DNA of 64,000 nucleotides from Octopus bimaculoides. Taxonomy: Eukaryota. A model generated the notes under the pieces. That model was not told where the DNA came from. It was given only the letters and a program-made list of their open reading frames with translations, and did not search any database. The stretch is from positions 80,556,374 through 80,620,373 of the forward strand of contig NC_068985.1 in the NCBI RefSeq assembly GCF_001194135.2, written 5' to 3'. Position 1 is the stretch's first letter, and every line of letters starts with the position of its first letter. The position numbers and the translations under genes were made by a program. Shown here in pieces: positions 12,398 through 25,260 of this stretch.

Positions 12398-12615
12398 AGA
12401 AGGTGGGTTGACATTTAATAAATTATAGATTAAAAGATTTTTTAGGAAAGGCTTTCCCCACATCATTTTGAAGTGTGTGGTACAAAAAAATTTGAACAGC
12501 CTTGGCACAAACAGAGAAAATCCAACTTATGTGAGTGAGCTATTCTGAAGCTTCACCATTGACTTAAACCATTCTCCTAAAACTGCTGGCTTTGCACCAA
12601 AATTTGAAATGAAAG

Positions 12616-12934
12616 GAGTCAAAGATTATTTGCCAACATTACATGGCAGTCCTGGTTTAGGATGAATGTTGCTGTAATTTAACCCCAGGAGACATCGTCT
12701 CCAGCTGGCTATACAGCACAATCTGTGTCCTTATATTTTCAAACAAGGGCATTTAGCACTTCCATTCAGCTCAAAACAATATCTGAGCTGAATGGGAGTG
12801 CCCTTGTTTGAAAATATAAGGACACAGATTGTGTCGTATAGCCAGCTGGAGATGATGTCTCCTGGGGTTAAATTACAGCAACATTTGTCCTAAGCCAGGA
12901 CTGCCATGTTATGTTGGCAAATAATCTTTACTCT
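12616..12934. mobile_element. Fold-back (palindromic) MITE, about 320 bp
   Basis: Arms AAAGATTATTTGCCAAC... / ...GTTGGCAAATAATCTTT pair almost throughout, with a 10-nt loop (AAACAATATC). A diverged relative begins at about 63880. Confidence 0.8.
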
Positions 12935-12989
12935 AGAGTACTGTTACTGAATATCTCTCCTTGAGAGATTTACAAATGGTAATTTCCAA

Positions 12990-13430
12990 AGGAGGCAAGC
13001 TGGCAGAATCATTAGCGTACCAGATAAAATGCTTAGTGGCATTTTCTTCTAACATTTTCTTTATATTCTGAGTTCAAATGCTGTCAAGGTCAACTGTGCC
13101 TTTCATTCTTTTGGGGTTGATAAAATAAGTACCAGTCAAATACTAGGGTTGATGCAATTGACTATTCCTCTCTCACTAAATTTCAGGCCTAAATGCCTAT
13201 GTTAGAAACACTATAAAAAGGCAGTGAGCTGGTTAAATCACTAGAACATTGTACCAAATGCCTAGCAGTATTTCTTCAAGTCATTACATTTTGAGTTTAA
13301 ATTCTGTTGAGGTCAACTTTGTCTTTCATCCTTTTGGGGTCAACAAAATAAAGCACTGGTCAAGTACTGGAGTTCAGGTAATCAACTAATCTCTTCCTTA
13401 CATTTCTGGTTTTGTGCAAAAATTTGAAAT
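12990..13430 (+). mobile_element. Two tandem SINE family B copies
   Basis: GGCAAGCTGGCAGAA head, GAGTTCAAAT B-box and GGGGTyGATAAAATAAGTACCAG core, present twice. Confidence 0.8.
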
Positions 13431-13681
13431 CATTATCATCATCTATATATTAGTATGCTAGAACTGAAATGTGTTACGTTGTCATGATTAGTTGAAGGGA
13501 AAGGCAAAGTTCAAGAGAAAAAGATGGAGAGAGAAGTGTTAGTGATGTATGGGAAGGGAAATATAACCGTTATTTTGCTAAGATACTATCAATAAGTTAC
13601 AATCAGAAGCCATGAAAGCCACTGGTTGGTACTGCACCAGAGCATTTATTATGATTATTATTATTATTCAGTATTATTATT

Positions 13682-14305
13682 TATATAGCATGCTTTCACT
13701 TCACTACTGAGCGCAGCTCTGTGTGCCTTGGGTATGTGCTGTGTTTTGCCGTGATGCTCTTATGGTTACTGTATTGAAAGTATTTTGTGTAGTATGTGTG
13801 CAGTGCCCAGTAGTGCAATTTTCTGTATGTTATATATACTTGTAAGTCCTGGTGTTTTTGTTATGTATTTGTCTGAATATTTTTTTATTATACCTAAGGC
13901 GCCTACTATGATAGGAATTGTTTCGGTTTTTAGATTCCACATTTGAGTTACCTCTATTTCCAGGTCTTTGTATTTTGAAAGTTTCTTCATTTCTTTTAGG
14001 GCAAGGTTGTCATCTGCTGGTATTGATACATCAATTACAAAGCATTTTTTTCCTTCATGATCTCTGACAACTATATCTGGCTTATTGGCCTTAATTTCTC
14101 TATCTGTGTGTATTGGCATATCCCAGAGTATGGTTGCTTTCTCGTTTTCTGTGACCTTTTCTGGCGTGTGCCTATACCATCTGTTTTCTGTTGTTATTCC
14201 ATAGTGTTGGCATAGCTTCCAGTGTATGTAGGTCCCAGCTCTGTCGTGTCTGTGAATATATTCCTTCTTAGGCAGGACTGGGCAGCCAGAGATAATATAA
14301 TTCAT
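13682..14305 (-). mobile_element. 5'-truncated R4/Dong-clade non-LTR retrotransposon (restriction-like endonuclease domain plus 3'UTR)
   Basis: Uninterrupted 179-codon ORF (13766-14305) with SGC..L...EY..RHD, ILWD..I.TD, KPDIVV.D...C..IDVSIP, KLSKY..L, IVGALG. (TAA)n on both sides (about 13650-13681 and 14306-14330). Confidence 0.88.
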
Positions 14306-15202
14306 TTATTTATTATTATTATTATTATTAAGGTGGTGTGCTGGCTACATTCTGAGTTCAAATTCCACTGAAGTTGACTTTTCCTTTCATCCTTTTGGAG
14401 TTGATAAAATAAGTACCAGTTGAGCACTGGAGTTGATGTAATCAACTAACCCTCTCTCCTAAAATTTCTGGCCTTATGCCTCTTCTAGAAAGGACCATTG
14501 TCATCATTATTATTATTGCAGTGAGCCGGCAGAATTGTTACTATGCTGGAGAAAATGCTCAGTGATATTTTTTATGGTTTTACTTTCTGAATGCAAATGC
14601 TTGCTCAAGGTGTCGTGCAGTGGAACTGAATACCAAACCATGTGGTTGGGAAGCAAACTCCTTAACCACATAGACACTTGTGTTTTTTTAGAAATTTGAT
14701 ATTTGGTATTATGCTCATCATACTTAAATAAACTGCCACTACCACCACTATATCAATAGCAAAAGAAGGTTCTTGTTTATATGAAAGGATAAATTTCTTG
14801 TCAACTAAATATGGAATCTGGTTTAGGTTTCTAAATTTTTTTGCATAATGCCAGCAATTTTAGGAAGAGGGCATAAGTCAGTTACAACAGCTCTAGTGAT
14901 ATAATGGTATGTATTTTATTAACTCTGAAAGGCAAAGTTGACCATTGCTGACTTTGATCTCAGAATGTTTTAGAGCCAGAAGAAATGTTGCTAAGCATTG
15001 TTCTGACATGCCAATGATTCTGCCATTTTGCTACCTTATGCTCCTTTTAAGTAAATAATTCTAAAGCTTTTTGCATGTTTAGTTTTACTTCTGTTTTTTC
15101 CATGCTAGCATGGGTTAGACAGATATATTGTTGAATCATTGTTTTATAACTTGACACCCTTCCTATCACAAACCCTAACTGGTTTTTCAAATAATCATCA
15201 TC

Positions 15203-15755
15203 ATCATCATTGCTTAACGTCTGCTTTCCATGCTAGCATGGGTTGGACGATTTGACTGAGGACTGGTGAACCAGATGGCTGCACCAGGCTCCAATCTGAT
15301 CTGGCAGATTTTCTCCAGCTGGATGCCCTTCCTAATGCCAACCACTCCGAGAGTGTAGTGGGTGCTTTTACGTGCCACCGGCACGAAGGCCAGTCAGGCA
15401 GTATTGGCAACAGTCACTCTCAAAATGGTGTTTTTTACATGCCACCTGCACAGGAGCCAGTCCACTAGCAACGACCTCGCTCGAATGTTTTTTCACGTGC
15501 CACTGGCACAAGTGCCAGTAAGGCGATGCTAGTAACGATCCCACTCAAATGGTGCTATTTACATACCACTGGCATGGAAGCCAGACAGCTGCTCTGGCAA
15601 TGATCATGCTCGGATGGTGCTGTTAGCGCTCCACTGGCACAGGTGCCAGTCATCAAATTTGGTTCAATTACGATTTTGATTTCACTTGCCCCAATAGGTC
15701 TTTGCCAGCAGAGTTTAGTGTCCAATGAAGGAGAAGTTGGCATGGGTGCCAGTCG
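15203..15755 (-). mobile_element. RTE-tail-derived element (family C) with (GAT)n tail
   Basis: Highly similar to 58697-59230: GGAAGGGCATCCAGCT segment and internal GTGCCAC(G)TAAAA repeats. Confidence 0.8.
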
Positions 15756-15919
15756 TATTATTTCACATATCTTTAAATGTGCAAAGCTACTGGGTGATTT
15801 GTTGACAAGGTAAATGGAAATGACATCACTGCTTGTTCCTCAGTGATTTTCAGAGAAACACACACACGCATGCACGCACACATACACACACACTCACATA
15901 CACACACACTCTCTTTCTT

Positions 15920-15956
<37 letters not shown>

Positions 15957-16927
15957 CACATATATATGACAGGCTTCATTAAGCTTCCATCTACTAAAAT
16001 CATTTTTAAAGCTTTTTCTTGAACAAATAAACCTACCCACTGCCCTACTTGATCCATTTCTTTTGGCTCCTTCTGAACAAAGAAATAAACCTAAAACTTT
16101 CACTCAGTGTAAAAAGTGGATTAATCATCATCATCATCATCATCATCATTTAATGTCTTTGTTCTATTCTGGCATGGGTTGAACTGTATGACAAGGATCT
16201 GATGATTCAAAGGACTACATTGTGCTCCAGTGTCTACTTTGGCATGGTTTCTATGGCTGGATGCCTGTCCTAATGCCAACCACTTTACAGTGTGTATTGG
16301 GTGCTTGTCTTCCTGCTATTGGTACTATTGAGGTCACCATAATAGTCACAAGTCAAGAAACCCAGGGAGGGTGAGTGTTGTAACCATGTATTAATTGGGG
16401 GTTAAGGTTACGAGGGAAGACGTTGGGGTAGAGCAGGTTCTAGTTGTAGAGGAGTACATAGCTACACACATTTAAGAGACAGAGTGAGAATGAATTAGAG
16501 ATATCTCCAAGGAGATAAGCAGCTGTGATGAGGTGTTCAGGTGGCACCTCAAGTAGCATGAGCATGACCAATAGTGGGTGGGGTGAGTAGGGGGTTTGTA
16601 AGAGTGTATGGGGTAAGAGATAGGGGAAGTAGGAGATGGTGATAGGTTACATCTGTCAAAATTGGGGAAGGGATTGAGGGGAGGGGTTGCAGAAGTTGGG
16701 GGAGGCTACAGGGATGCTAGCAGTAGGGTAGTAATGATGATACCTTTGACAGGGGGAGAGAAGAGAGATGACGTGTTTGGGTAGGTTGCAGGAACAGAGT
16801 ACAAAGATAAACTGGTGTAGTGCATGAAGAGAGATAAGTTATTAGGCTCCATTGTTTTCTAACATGGAAGTATGTGTGTGTGTGTATGGATAGTTTTAGT
16901 TAATATATATATATATATATATATATG

Positions 16928-16958
<31 letters not shown>

Positions 16959-16961
<3 letters not shown>

Positions 16962-17377
16962 TGTAGGAGTGGCTGTGTGGTAAATAGCTTGCTTACCAAC
17001 CACATGGTTCCGGGTTCAGTCCCACTGCGTGGCACCTTGGGCAAGTGTCTTCCATGATAGCCTTGGGCCGACCAAAGGCTTGTGAGTGGATTTGGTAGAT
17101 GGAAACTGAAAGAAGCCCGTCGTATATATGTATATATATATATGTATGTGTGTGTATATGTTTATGTGTCTGTGTTTATCCCCCCCAACATCGCTTGACA
17201 ACTGATGCTGGTGTGTTTACGTCCCCGTAACTTAGTGGTTTGGCAAAAGAGTCCGATAGAATAAGTACTAGGCTTACAAAGAATAAGTCCTGGGGTCAAT
17301 TTGCTCGACTAAAGGCAGTGCTCCAGCATGGCCACAGTCAAATGACTGAAACAAGTAAAAGAGTAAAAGAGTAAAGA

Positions 17378-17380
<3 letters not shown>
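16959..17380 (+). mobile_element. Full-length young SINE family A
   Basis: Complete head, internal (TA/TG)n and (AAAAGAGT)n tail; embedded in (TA)n. Confidence 0.9.
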
Positions 17381-17412
<32 letters not shown>

Positions 17413-18095
17413 GGGTGTATATTCCAGGTGTGTACTGCACACTCATCAAAAATGGCAAATTCATTATAAATATTGATCTTACTCATTAATTTAATCACAA
17501 ATCTTAATGGAAAAATTTTTGTTATATCCCTACTTGAAATTTGGTGGCATTGGGTGTGGCCGAGCACCCAATACCACAACCACCATACGTCACTGATATA
17601 TATATATGATGGACTTGCTTCAGCTTCCATTGATCAAATCCACTCACAACATAGAAACATTTCTCATGGCCCCCAACAGACAAATGGAAAAAGCATTGAC
17701 CTGGAGGATGGCAGGGAATGGACACTGAAACATGTGGATGTGGCGAACAATACTAATGGGTGAAGAACGGCTAAGAAATGAGATGGTTCTGGGTAGCAAG
17801 AGAGAAAAGTGCATTAGGATGGAGAGAGTGAGAGAAGGGAAGCAAAATATATTCTTATGATAAATATTTGCATAGATTGATTTATTTATCTTATTTATGT
17901 ACATATTACAGTATATATTCTGTATAGAAAGGGTGTAGTTTGAAATGCATCAATTGGAAGATTAATGTTGAAAGCAGAATTAATATCAGTTATTATCTGA
18001 AGAAGAGAATTGTCAATACTTCCAGAGAAAACTATGCAGATACAATATACCAGGACTATATTATATATATGCGTGTGTATATATATATATATATA

Positions 18096-18521
18096 CCGTA
18101 AATCCTCGAGTATAGTCTGCTCTTGAGTATAATACGCAGGGGATTTTTAGGGGGCTGTACCTCTGAAAAATCTAAACCTTGTGTATAATATGCACCCCTT
18201 CTCTAACTTGAGTCAAGGAGGTCTATATAACGTCCTTGGTTTGTAAACGTATATACGGTAACGTCCTTTATTATTATTGTGTATATTACATAATGCAAAC
18301 GTGTAGCTTTTTTGTGCACTTTGTTTGCAGAAAATAAAGAAATAACAGTAATAAAGTCAGTGAAAAAATAAATATTACATAAATTGCCTTTACATATTTA
18401 TCACTTAGAAAATTTTGCTTAGAAAATAGTTTTCATTTTGAACCTCGTATATAGTATGCACTAGAAATTTTGACCTTTAAATTTTGGGAAAAAAGTGCGG
18501 ATTATACTTGAGGATTTACGG
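18096..18521. mobile_element. Tc1/mariner-superfamily (pogo/Tigger-like) MITE
   Basis: TIRs CCGTAAATCCTCGAGTATA / TATACTTGAGGATTTACGG, TA on both sides, subterminal GTATArTAyGCA repeats. Confidence 0.85.
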
Positions 18522-20179
18522 TATATATACATATATAAAATACATTATAGTATTCATGGTGAATTAACATGCATCATGAATAGTGAAATTTAAGCTCTGA
18601 TATATATGACCTTGTGCATTGTTTAAAGCCATATCTGAAGATTAGAGTCTTTATAGAATTCTGAAAGAAAGACTAGAAGTTTTTGTTTTTTTTTCTGGAC
18701 AAAGGTGATATGATGAGTTACAGATTTGTTCAGTTTGTTGTACTTGCATGGAAAATTTTACAATTGATGGGTGTGATAATTCAATTTACAACACAGTCAT
18801 AATTAAGTTTGAACTTGTGACAAGTTGTCAGAAATCTAACGCTTTAGTCCTCTGGCCACTGTGAAAATAAAAGCAAAAAGAAAGAGAGCTGTTTTTTCCA
18901 GGTCAGCCCTGATCAAGAAGACCTATAGTCAAAATCCTAGCTCTGGTCATCCTATCTTCTTATATACAGTGTATCTTTGATTACATTATTAATGTGTCAT
19001 TTTTAAGATCATAGAGTTTGTTTTGAAGGAGATTTAGCTTCCTTTTCTAATAGATTAAGCAACCATGTAGAGGCAATCCTCTTTAACTCATGGTATATAT
19101 GGTGGTAATTAAATTATTTAAGTATTGAATGGTGCGAAAACCTCCATCATAAATTAGGCCCATAAGAAGGAATCGATGTTTGAATCACTAGCTAGCAAAG
19201 CATCAATTAATTATACAGTGTTCCTACTGATTGCAACACTGAGCTATTTCAATTCCTGATGATTATTTTCAACCAAATGGATTAAACCAGGGAGAGTTAA
19301 TGAGCTAAGTGTGTTGATGGTGGAAATGACAAAACAGTGCTGATGATGTGATATGAGGCAGATTACCTTTTGATTGGTAGCCAGGCACCCTATCAACTCA
19401 GACCTCTGTAAGTTTTCAACACAATGATAACAGAGAGCAACGAGTGGAGTAGAATACTTAAATCTTGGTTCTGTTGGATGTTTGTTTAATCAGTAGGAAA
19501 AACAGTTGTCTTACTATTTAACAGCATGTTGGTATTAAGATAAGATTCATTTGTGCATCTAATTACAACAGTAAGTAATTATTAAATTAGACTCATTATT
19601 CCCCAGCTTTCAGTAATTATTAGATTAAACACTTCTTAACAAGAAATATAAAATTCATTATTGTTCTTTTCTTCTGTATTGACTTATACTGTTTATGATA
19701 ATATGAAAATACGATTCTGATCTGATAAATTTTATGCAGACTTAAGAGCTGCTATTCTCATTATTGCCAGTCACTACTACATCAATGTATTTTTCTGAGT
19801 GTATATAATGAATACAATACTCTACAGGTTAATGTAGAAGTGTCAGCATTTCAACTGATTGGATAAAGTATTGGACTACCAGCTCATCAGTCTTGAGTTC
19901 AAATCCTCTGTTTTATTGTACACTGAATTCTATATGCTTAAGTTTACCTAGTTTTGTGGAAAAGATACCTATAATAAAACTGGTGTCCTATCCATTAGAA
20001 AATTTATAAATTGCATCCATTTAACATTGTTTCCTTATGAGCCAGCTTCATCTTAACTGTTTGACACTCCACCTTTGGTCATGAATGACCATGGAATCCC
20101 ATAGTCATTCATGACCAAAGGTGGAGTGTCAGTCAAATTGCACCTTGAAAGTTCCCCCCCAAAGCACAAGTCCAAGCAT

Positions 20180-20440
20180 GGTTGTTTATATAAGACCCAC
20201 TGTTGCTCATGCATACCAACCTCCCCTCTCCATGCCACTGACATTATGCAAGGGAAAGGCAAAGGCTGATACAGCTTGGCACAAGTGATGTTACAACTCA
20301 TTTCTACACCTGAGTGAACTGGAGCAAAGTGAAATAAAGTGTCTTGCTCAAGAATACAACATGCAGCCCGGTCTGGGAATCAAACTCACTACTTCATGAT
20401 TGTGAGCCCAATGCTCTAATCACTGAGCCATGTGCCTCAG
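20180..20440 (-). mobile_element. tRNA-headed SINE family D, diverged
   Basis: GGACTGGAGCAA.GTGAAATAAAGTGTCTTGCTCAAG core shared with 35057-35300 and 44900-45050. Confidence 0.65.
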
Positions 20441-20684
20441 TAGTTCTTAGACTACAAATAGCAAAAACATAAATAAAAGTGAAATTTTGTACCCCCACCC
20501 AACTTTCATTGCCTTTGCATCTATATAACCCTTTTGATACCAATTCTCCCAAACCACTCATGATTCTATGATACAAACCTCCTGCTTTAAAATTATCTAA
20601 ATTAAAACCCTTCAAAATTTCAATGAATTTATGCTCCAACCACCAGCTTAATAACAACAAAGTTATTTTAATAAATTCTTCATT

Positions 20685-20871
20685 TAAGGCAGTGATCTGG
20701 CTTTGCAGTATTTTGTCTGTCTTTATGTTGTGAATTCAAATTCTAGTCGATGTCGACTTTGCCTTTCATCCTTTCAGGGTCAATAAACTAAGTACCAGTA
20801 AAGCACTGGGATTGATGTACTCAACTTATCCCCTCCTTTGAACTTGCTGGCCTTGTGCCAAATTTTGAAAC
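20685..20871 (+). mobile_element. SINE family B with a 16-bp TSD, inserted in a TTAA-type MITE (about 20525-20910)
   Basis: TAATAAATTCTTCATT at 20669-20684 and 20872-20887. The host resembles 29246-29462. Confidence 0.8.
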
Positions 20872-21662
20872 TAATAAATTCTTCATTATTTTCAAAATTA
20901 ATTGGAAAAAAAATGAATAAATTGAATATTGGGGTCTGTGGTTGTTGTTATTTGAACTAAATGTAACTCTGGTTATTTAGAATAAATATCTTTTTGTGGG
21001 TTGTATAATATACAATAAGATTTTATGTAAGTGAAATAAAAATATAAACACGTACTTTTCTCTCCTTTTTTTTTTCATCATAACATAGAAAGAACGTGTT
21101 TACATTCTTATTTCTCGCATATTGAAGATTTGTAATATTTAAATTAATTTCAGTCCGATTACTCTTATTTCATTCACAAAATTTTTTTTCCAGGTAAGCT
21201 TTAATTTCTTCGTATTAATACGTGTATTATAACACAGTTGCCTCCCCTGCATATATCAACGAGGCTGTGTTAGTTTCCAATTGATCAGCCAAATTTTAAC
21301 TCTTTCTCAGCGAAATTAAAATTTATGGTTATTCCTATAATGAATATCTACCAAAAATTGATATTTTCTGCAATTAATAAACTTAACATTTTTCAACAAA
21401 AAAATTGTTTCAAACATGACACTGTTTTCTGCAGTTAAGGATAATAAAATTTTGAGTGGATATATCTGATCTTTGCAGTAAGAGAGTTAACTCCTCTGTA
21501 CATGAATGATGGCGGTGGTCGTGATTCTGTCTCACACACTCTCATACGCTTAAAATTTTTCAATCTAAGTTGCAGAAACTACAGAAATTGGCTCGTATCA
21601 GAGTATTACTGCAAAATTCCAACATTTTGTTGCTATTTTGGAAATTTTGTTATGTCCTTTCA

Positions 21663-22070
21663 TTCTTTTACTTAATTCAGTCATTTGACTGCGGCCATGC
21701 TGGAGCGCCACCTTGAGGGGCTTTAGTCGAACAAATCGACCCCAGGACTTATTTTTAAAGCCTAGTATTTATTCTCTCAGTCTCTTTTGCTGAAACGCTA
21801 GGTTACGGGGATATAAACACACCAACACCGGTTGTCAAGTGGTGATGGGGTGGGGGACAAACACAGACATAAAGACACATACACATAGATATATACATAT
21901 ATATACAACAGGCTTCTTTCAGTTTCTGTCTGCCAAATTCACTCATCAGGCTTTGGTTGGCCCGAGGCTATAGTAGAAGACACTTGCCAAAGATGTTGTG
22001 CAGAGGGGCTGGCCCTGGAATCATGTGGCTGGGAAGCAAGCTTCTTACTACACAACCACACCTGCACCTA
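21663..22070 (-). mobile_element. Full-length SINE family A
   Basis: Reverse complement of the family A body and head. Confidence 0.85.
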
Positions 22071-22199
22071 TTTTCATTTTGTCTTTATTTCCTTGCACTG
22101 TTATACATTTTCTTTTTCTATGTTCATTGGTAGGAAATAATTATTTGTTTGTGTTGTATACTCTTTTTGTACTGCTCTGAGTTGTGAATTATCAACTGT

Positions 22200-23010
22200 C
22201 ACCTTCTTTGACATCATTGGCAGCATTAACTTGTATCTGAGTAGTTAATCCCTTGTGAGTAATTGAGCCTCTGATGAGTGCAAAGGGTGCCAGTGCATGA
22301 GGAGGTTGTTTAGGTCAAGGGTGTTATATAAGAGCTGGGGGCATTTATCACAGAAGAGGGTGAGAGGGGGATGAAGAAGTGCAAATTGCTCTTTGCATCT
22401 TTGACATCTAATCTCTACTTCTTGTTGTCTGTTGTTTTCCATCTGGTCTGTTCCCTTGACGACTTATTGAGTGCACTTCACTACCTCTGCTCCATCTTTA
22501 TTAACATTCATTATAGTGACTTCATCACAAACTATGAAGTCCTCAAATAGAGGCAGATGTCACCAACCTGCTGGGTAGGGAATGGATCCAGAATTGCAAG
22601 TCATCATCTGCTTGAGATTCTACTGAACAGGAAACTTGCTACTGATCATGTAGCAGAGAAATATTAAAGGTTTGATACAAGAGATCTCTGAAGAAATCTC
22701 TTGGTGCCTGTCATATTGAGTTTTGCCAGTTGTCTGCTCTTGCTTCAAATCACAAGAGCACATTAGTGTATTTTCATTAGTGTATTTTCATTCATTAGTG
22801 TATCACCAGTCATCAGTGTTTCTGAGTGCAACGACATGCCATTTATTAGTGTATCTTCAAGAATATATCTAAGGTTGGCCATAAAAGGGATTGAAATAAG
22901 GACCATGATGTATCAGCATTGAAACTGAACTCAGAATAGAATTTCTCTTACAGCCATTGTGGAAAGGCCTGCCCTTTTTAATTGTACAGCCAACAGTGAA
23001 CCTGCAATAT
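22200..23010 (-). mobile_element. Decayed RTE LINE 3' portion
   Basis: Remnant TLFCDKCPQL (C-terminal Zn-knuckle-like) and upstream RT-thumb-like segments. Confidence 0.55.
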
Positions 23011-23059
23011 GTATGTATATAAGTGTGTGTGTGTGTGTGTGTGTAGCCAGAAAAAATTG

Positions 23060-24600
23060 AATTGGTTAAGATTCCAAATCTAGAAGAGACTGTCAGGAAC
23101 AAAGAGCTGCTGAAAATGGAAAGGTAGTAGGTATTGACGGAATTCCACTAGATATTTGGAAGAACAGTGACCTGGCATTGTACACTAGACTCCATGAGTT
23201 CTTTGATTGCTGCTGGGAAGGAACAAGGCAAACTAACATAGAACCTCTGTGATGCAAGTATAAGAAGAAAAACCCAACTGCTGCAAGGATGGAGAGTAAC
23301 ACTACTCCCCTTTTCCTGGGGAAAAAATTATCACAAAAGTACTTTTGAACAGATGGTGCCCATCAATGCAAAAGAAAACCTAGAGAATCAGTGGTATTTC
23401 AGAACCAACAGGAATTGAAGTGGTTAGGACAAGGGAGTGCACATAAAGCTTCTTGTTTTTATCATAGCATACAACACAATGAGCAAGAATGGTCTGTGGT
23501 AGATGATTCACTGACTTGAAATGAGTAACCCTTAATTTGTCTACTGAGTCATCCAGTTACATGAAGATCATCATGGCCTATGAACTCACAGAGACCTTCT
23601 TATCAGGAAATGCTGTAAAGCAAAGCTGCATTCTCACACCAACTCTTATCACAATCTTCTTTAGCATGATACTCATAAGGGCCACAGAAAAGAACATTTT
23701 CTACTTATGATACTGCATTGATGACACCCTGTTCAACCTGAAGAGACTACAGTCCCACATAAAGACATTAAAGCAATTCATCCAGGGGCTACTGTTTCCT
23801 GACAATACTGCTCTTATTACTCACATAGAGTTCTGCAGCTTATAACATTCTGATTTGTAGAAATTGCCAAGCTTTTTGGATGAGAATCAAGCTGAAGAAG
23901 ACAGAAGTTTTCCATATACCTCAGAAAGAATATCATCCTCTGCATCACCATTGGTAAGGTAAAGCTAATGACATTTTTTAATTTTAGCTACTTGGGATGC
24001 TCCATTTTGTCAGATGCCAAGATTGACAAAGAATTTGTTTACATATAGGCAAAGACAAAGATCACATTGTGTAGGTTGTGCAAAAAAAGTCTGAAACAAC
24101 TATCTTAGGAAAGGCACAAGGATCAATGTGTAGAAGACTGTTGTACTGACTACCTTCCAGTATGGGTTACCTACCTACAAATCACCATCTATGATTCCCT
24201 GAGCACTTCCATCAGTGATGCCTCTACACTATTCTCAGCATCCACTGAAAAGACTTCATCACCAGCATTGAAGTCTTTGAACTGGAGAATGTCACTATTA
24301 ACAGGGCCATATTGACAAATGCAGCTGTTCTGGATCTTGAATATTTTTTTCTAGTATGGGGGATCATTGCATGCCCAATATTGTCCTATATGGCAAATCT
24401 ACCATTTGCATTGAGGATAAGGCACAGGGACTTTCTAAAGCGTCCCTTAGTATCTGTCTCACCTACCATCACCATTCTATTTTCTTCTTTATAAATGCAT
24501 ATGGGACTTCCTTAAGGATAAAAGATGGAGGAAGAGTCTTGACAACTACATTCGATGGACTGTAAGAAGAAAAATTGTTGAATAAATATGGTCTTGGAGT
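23060..24600 (+). mobile_element. Decayed RTE LINE reverse transcriptase region
   Basis: GKVVGIDGIPLDIWK, YKKKNP, GNAVKQSCILTPTL and later LYG..T...RDFLK remnants, with frameshifts. Confidence 0.7.
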
Positions 24601-25045
24601 ACCAGTTAAATTATACTGATCTAAAATAAATTGCAGGTATTTCGTAGTGTATTTGGGCAGTACACATAATTATTTCTTGGTTTATTTAGCTTTCTAGAAT
24701 AAGACCAGCTTCCTACACTGCACTGGTGAAAGATATGTTTCTAATTAACTTTCCTTTAAGAAACTATAACTAAACCACTGCATAAGAATACTCAGAGCTG
24801 AGGTGATGTGTATATTTTAAAAAATATGTCCTGTTTTTTTCTTTCTTGTTTTTTTTCTTTTTTAAGATACTCTCTAAAGTGTTTCTGTATATGGTGGGTA
24901 TACTGTTTAGTGTTCTAGAGTAGGGTATATTTGCAGTTCAGAGATGAAGGATTTTCTGACTCTGGAAAAGAAAATTAGATTGTTAAAGAAATTCGTGGGA
25001 ATTGTAACATTCATACTTTCCCAAAAGGTATTAGATACATAAATT

Positions 25046-25260
25046 CTTTTCTACTCTAGGCACAAGGCCTGAAATGTTTTTGTGGGGAGATGGCCAGTTG
25101 ATTAGATTTACCCCAGTATGCAACTGGTACTTAATTTATCGACCCCAAAAGAATGAAAAGCAAAGTTGACCTCGGCGGAATTTAAACTCAGAACATAAAG
25201 AGATGAAATACTGTTAAGCATTTCGCCCGGCATGCTAACATTTCTGCCAACTCGCCACCT
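25046..25260 (-). mobile_element. SINE family B with a 17-bp TSD
   Basis: TATTAGATACATAAATT at 25029-25045 and 25261-25277. Confidence 0.9.

Noticed and set aside
11417-12508. Long ORFs of 190-363 aa in the ORF track (also at 26965-27937, 45366-46033, 46543-47661)
   Set aside because: They are open only because they run through N-gaps.
16380-16850. Purine-rich stretch that may be an old Penelope or LINE remnant
   Set aside because: Too decayed to assign a family or motif with confidence.
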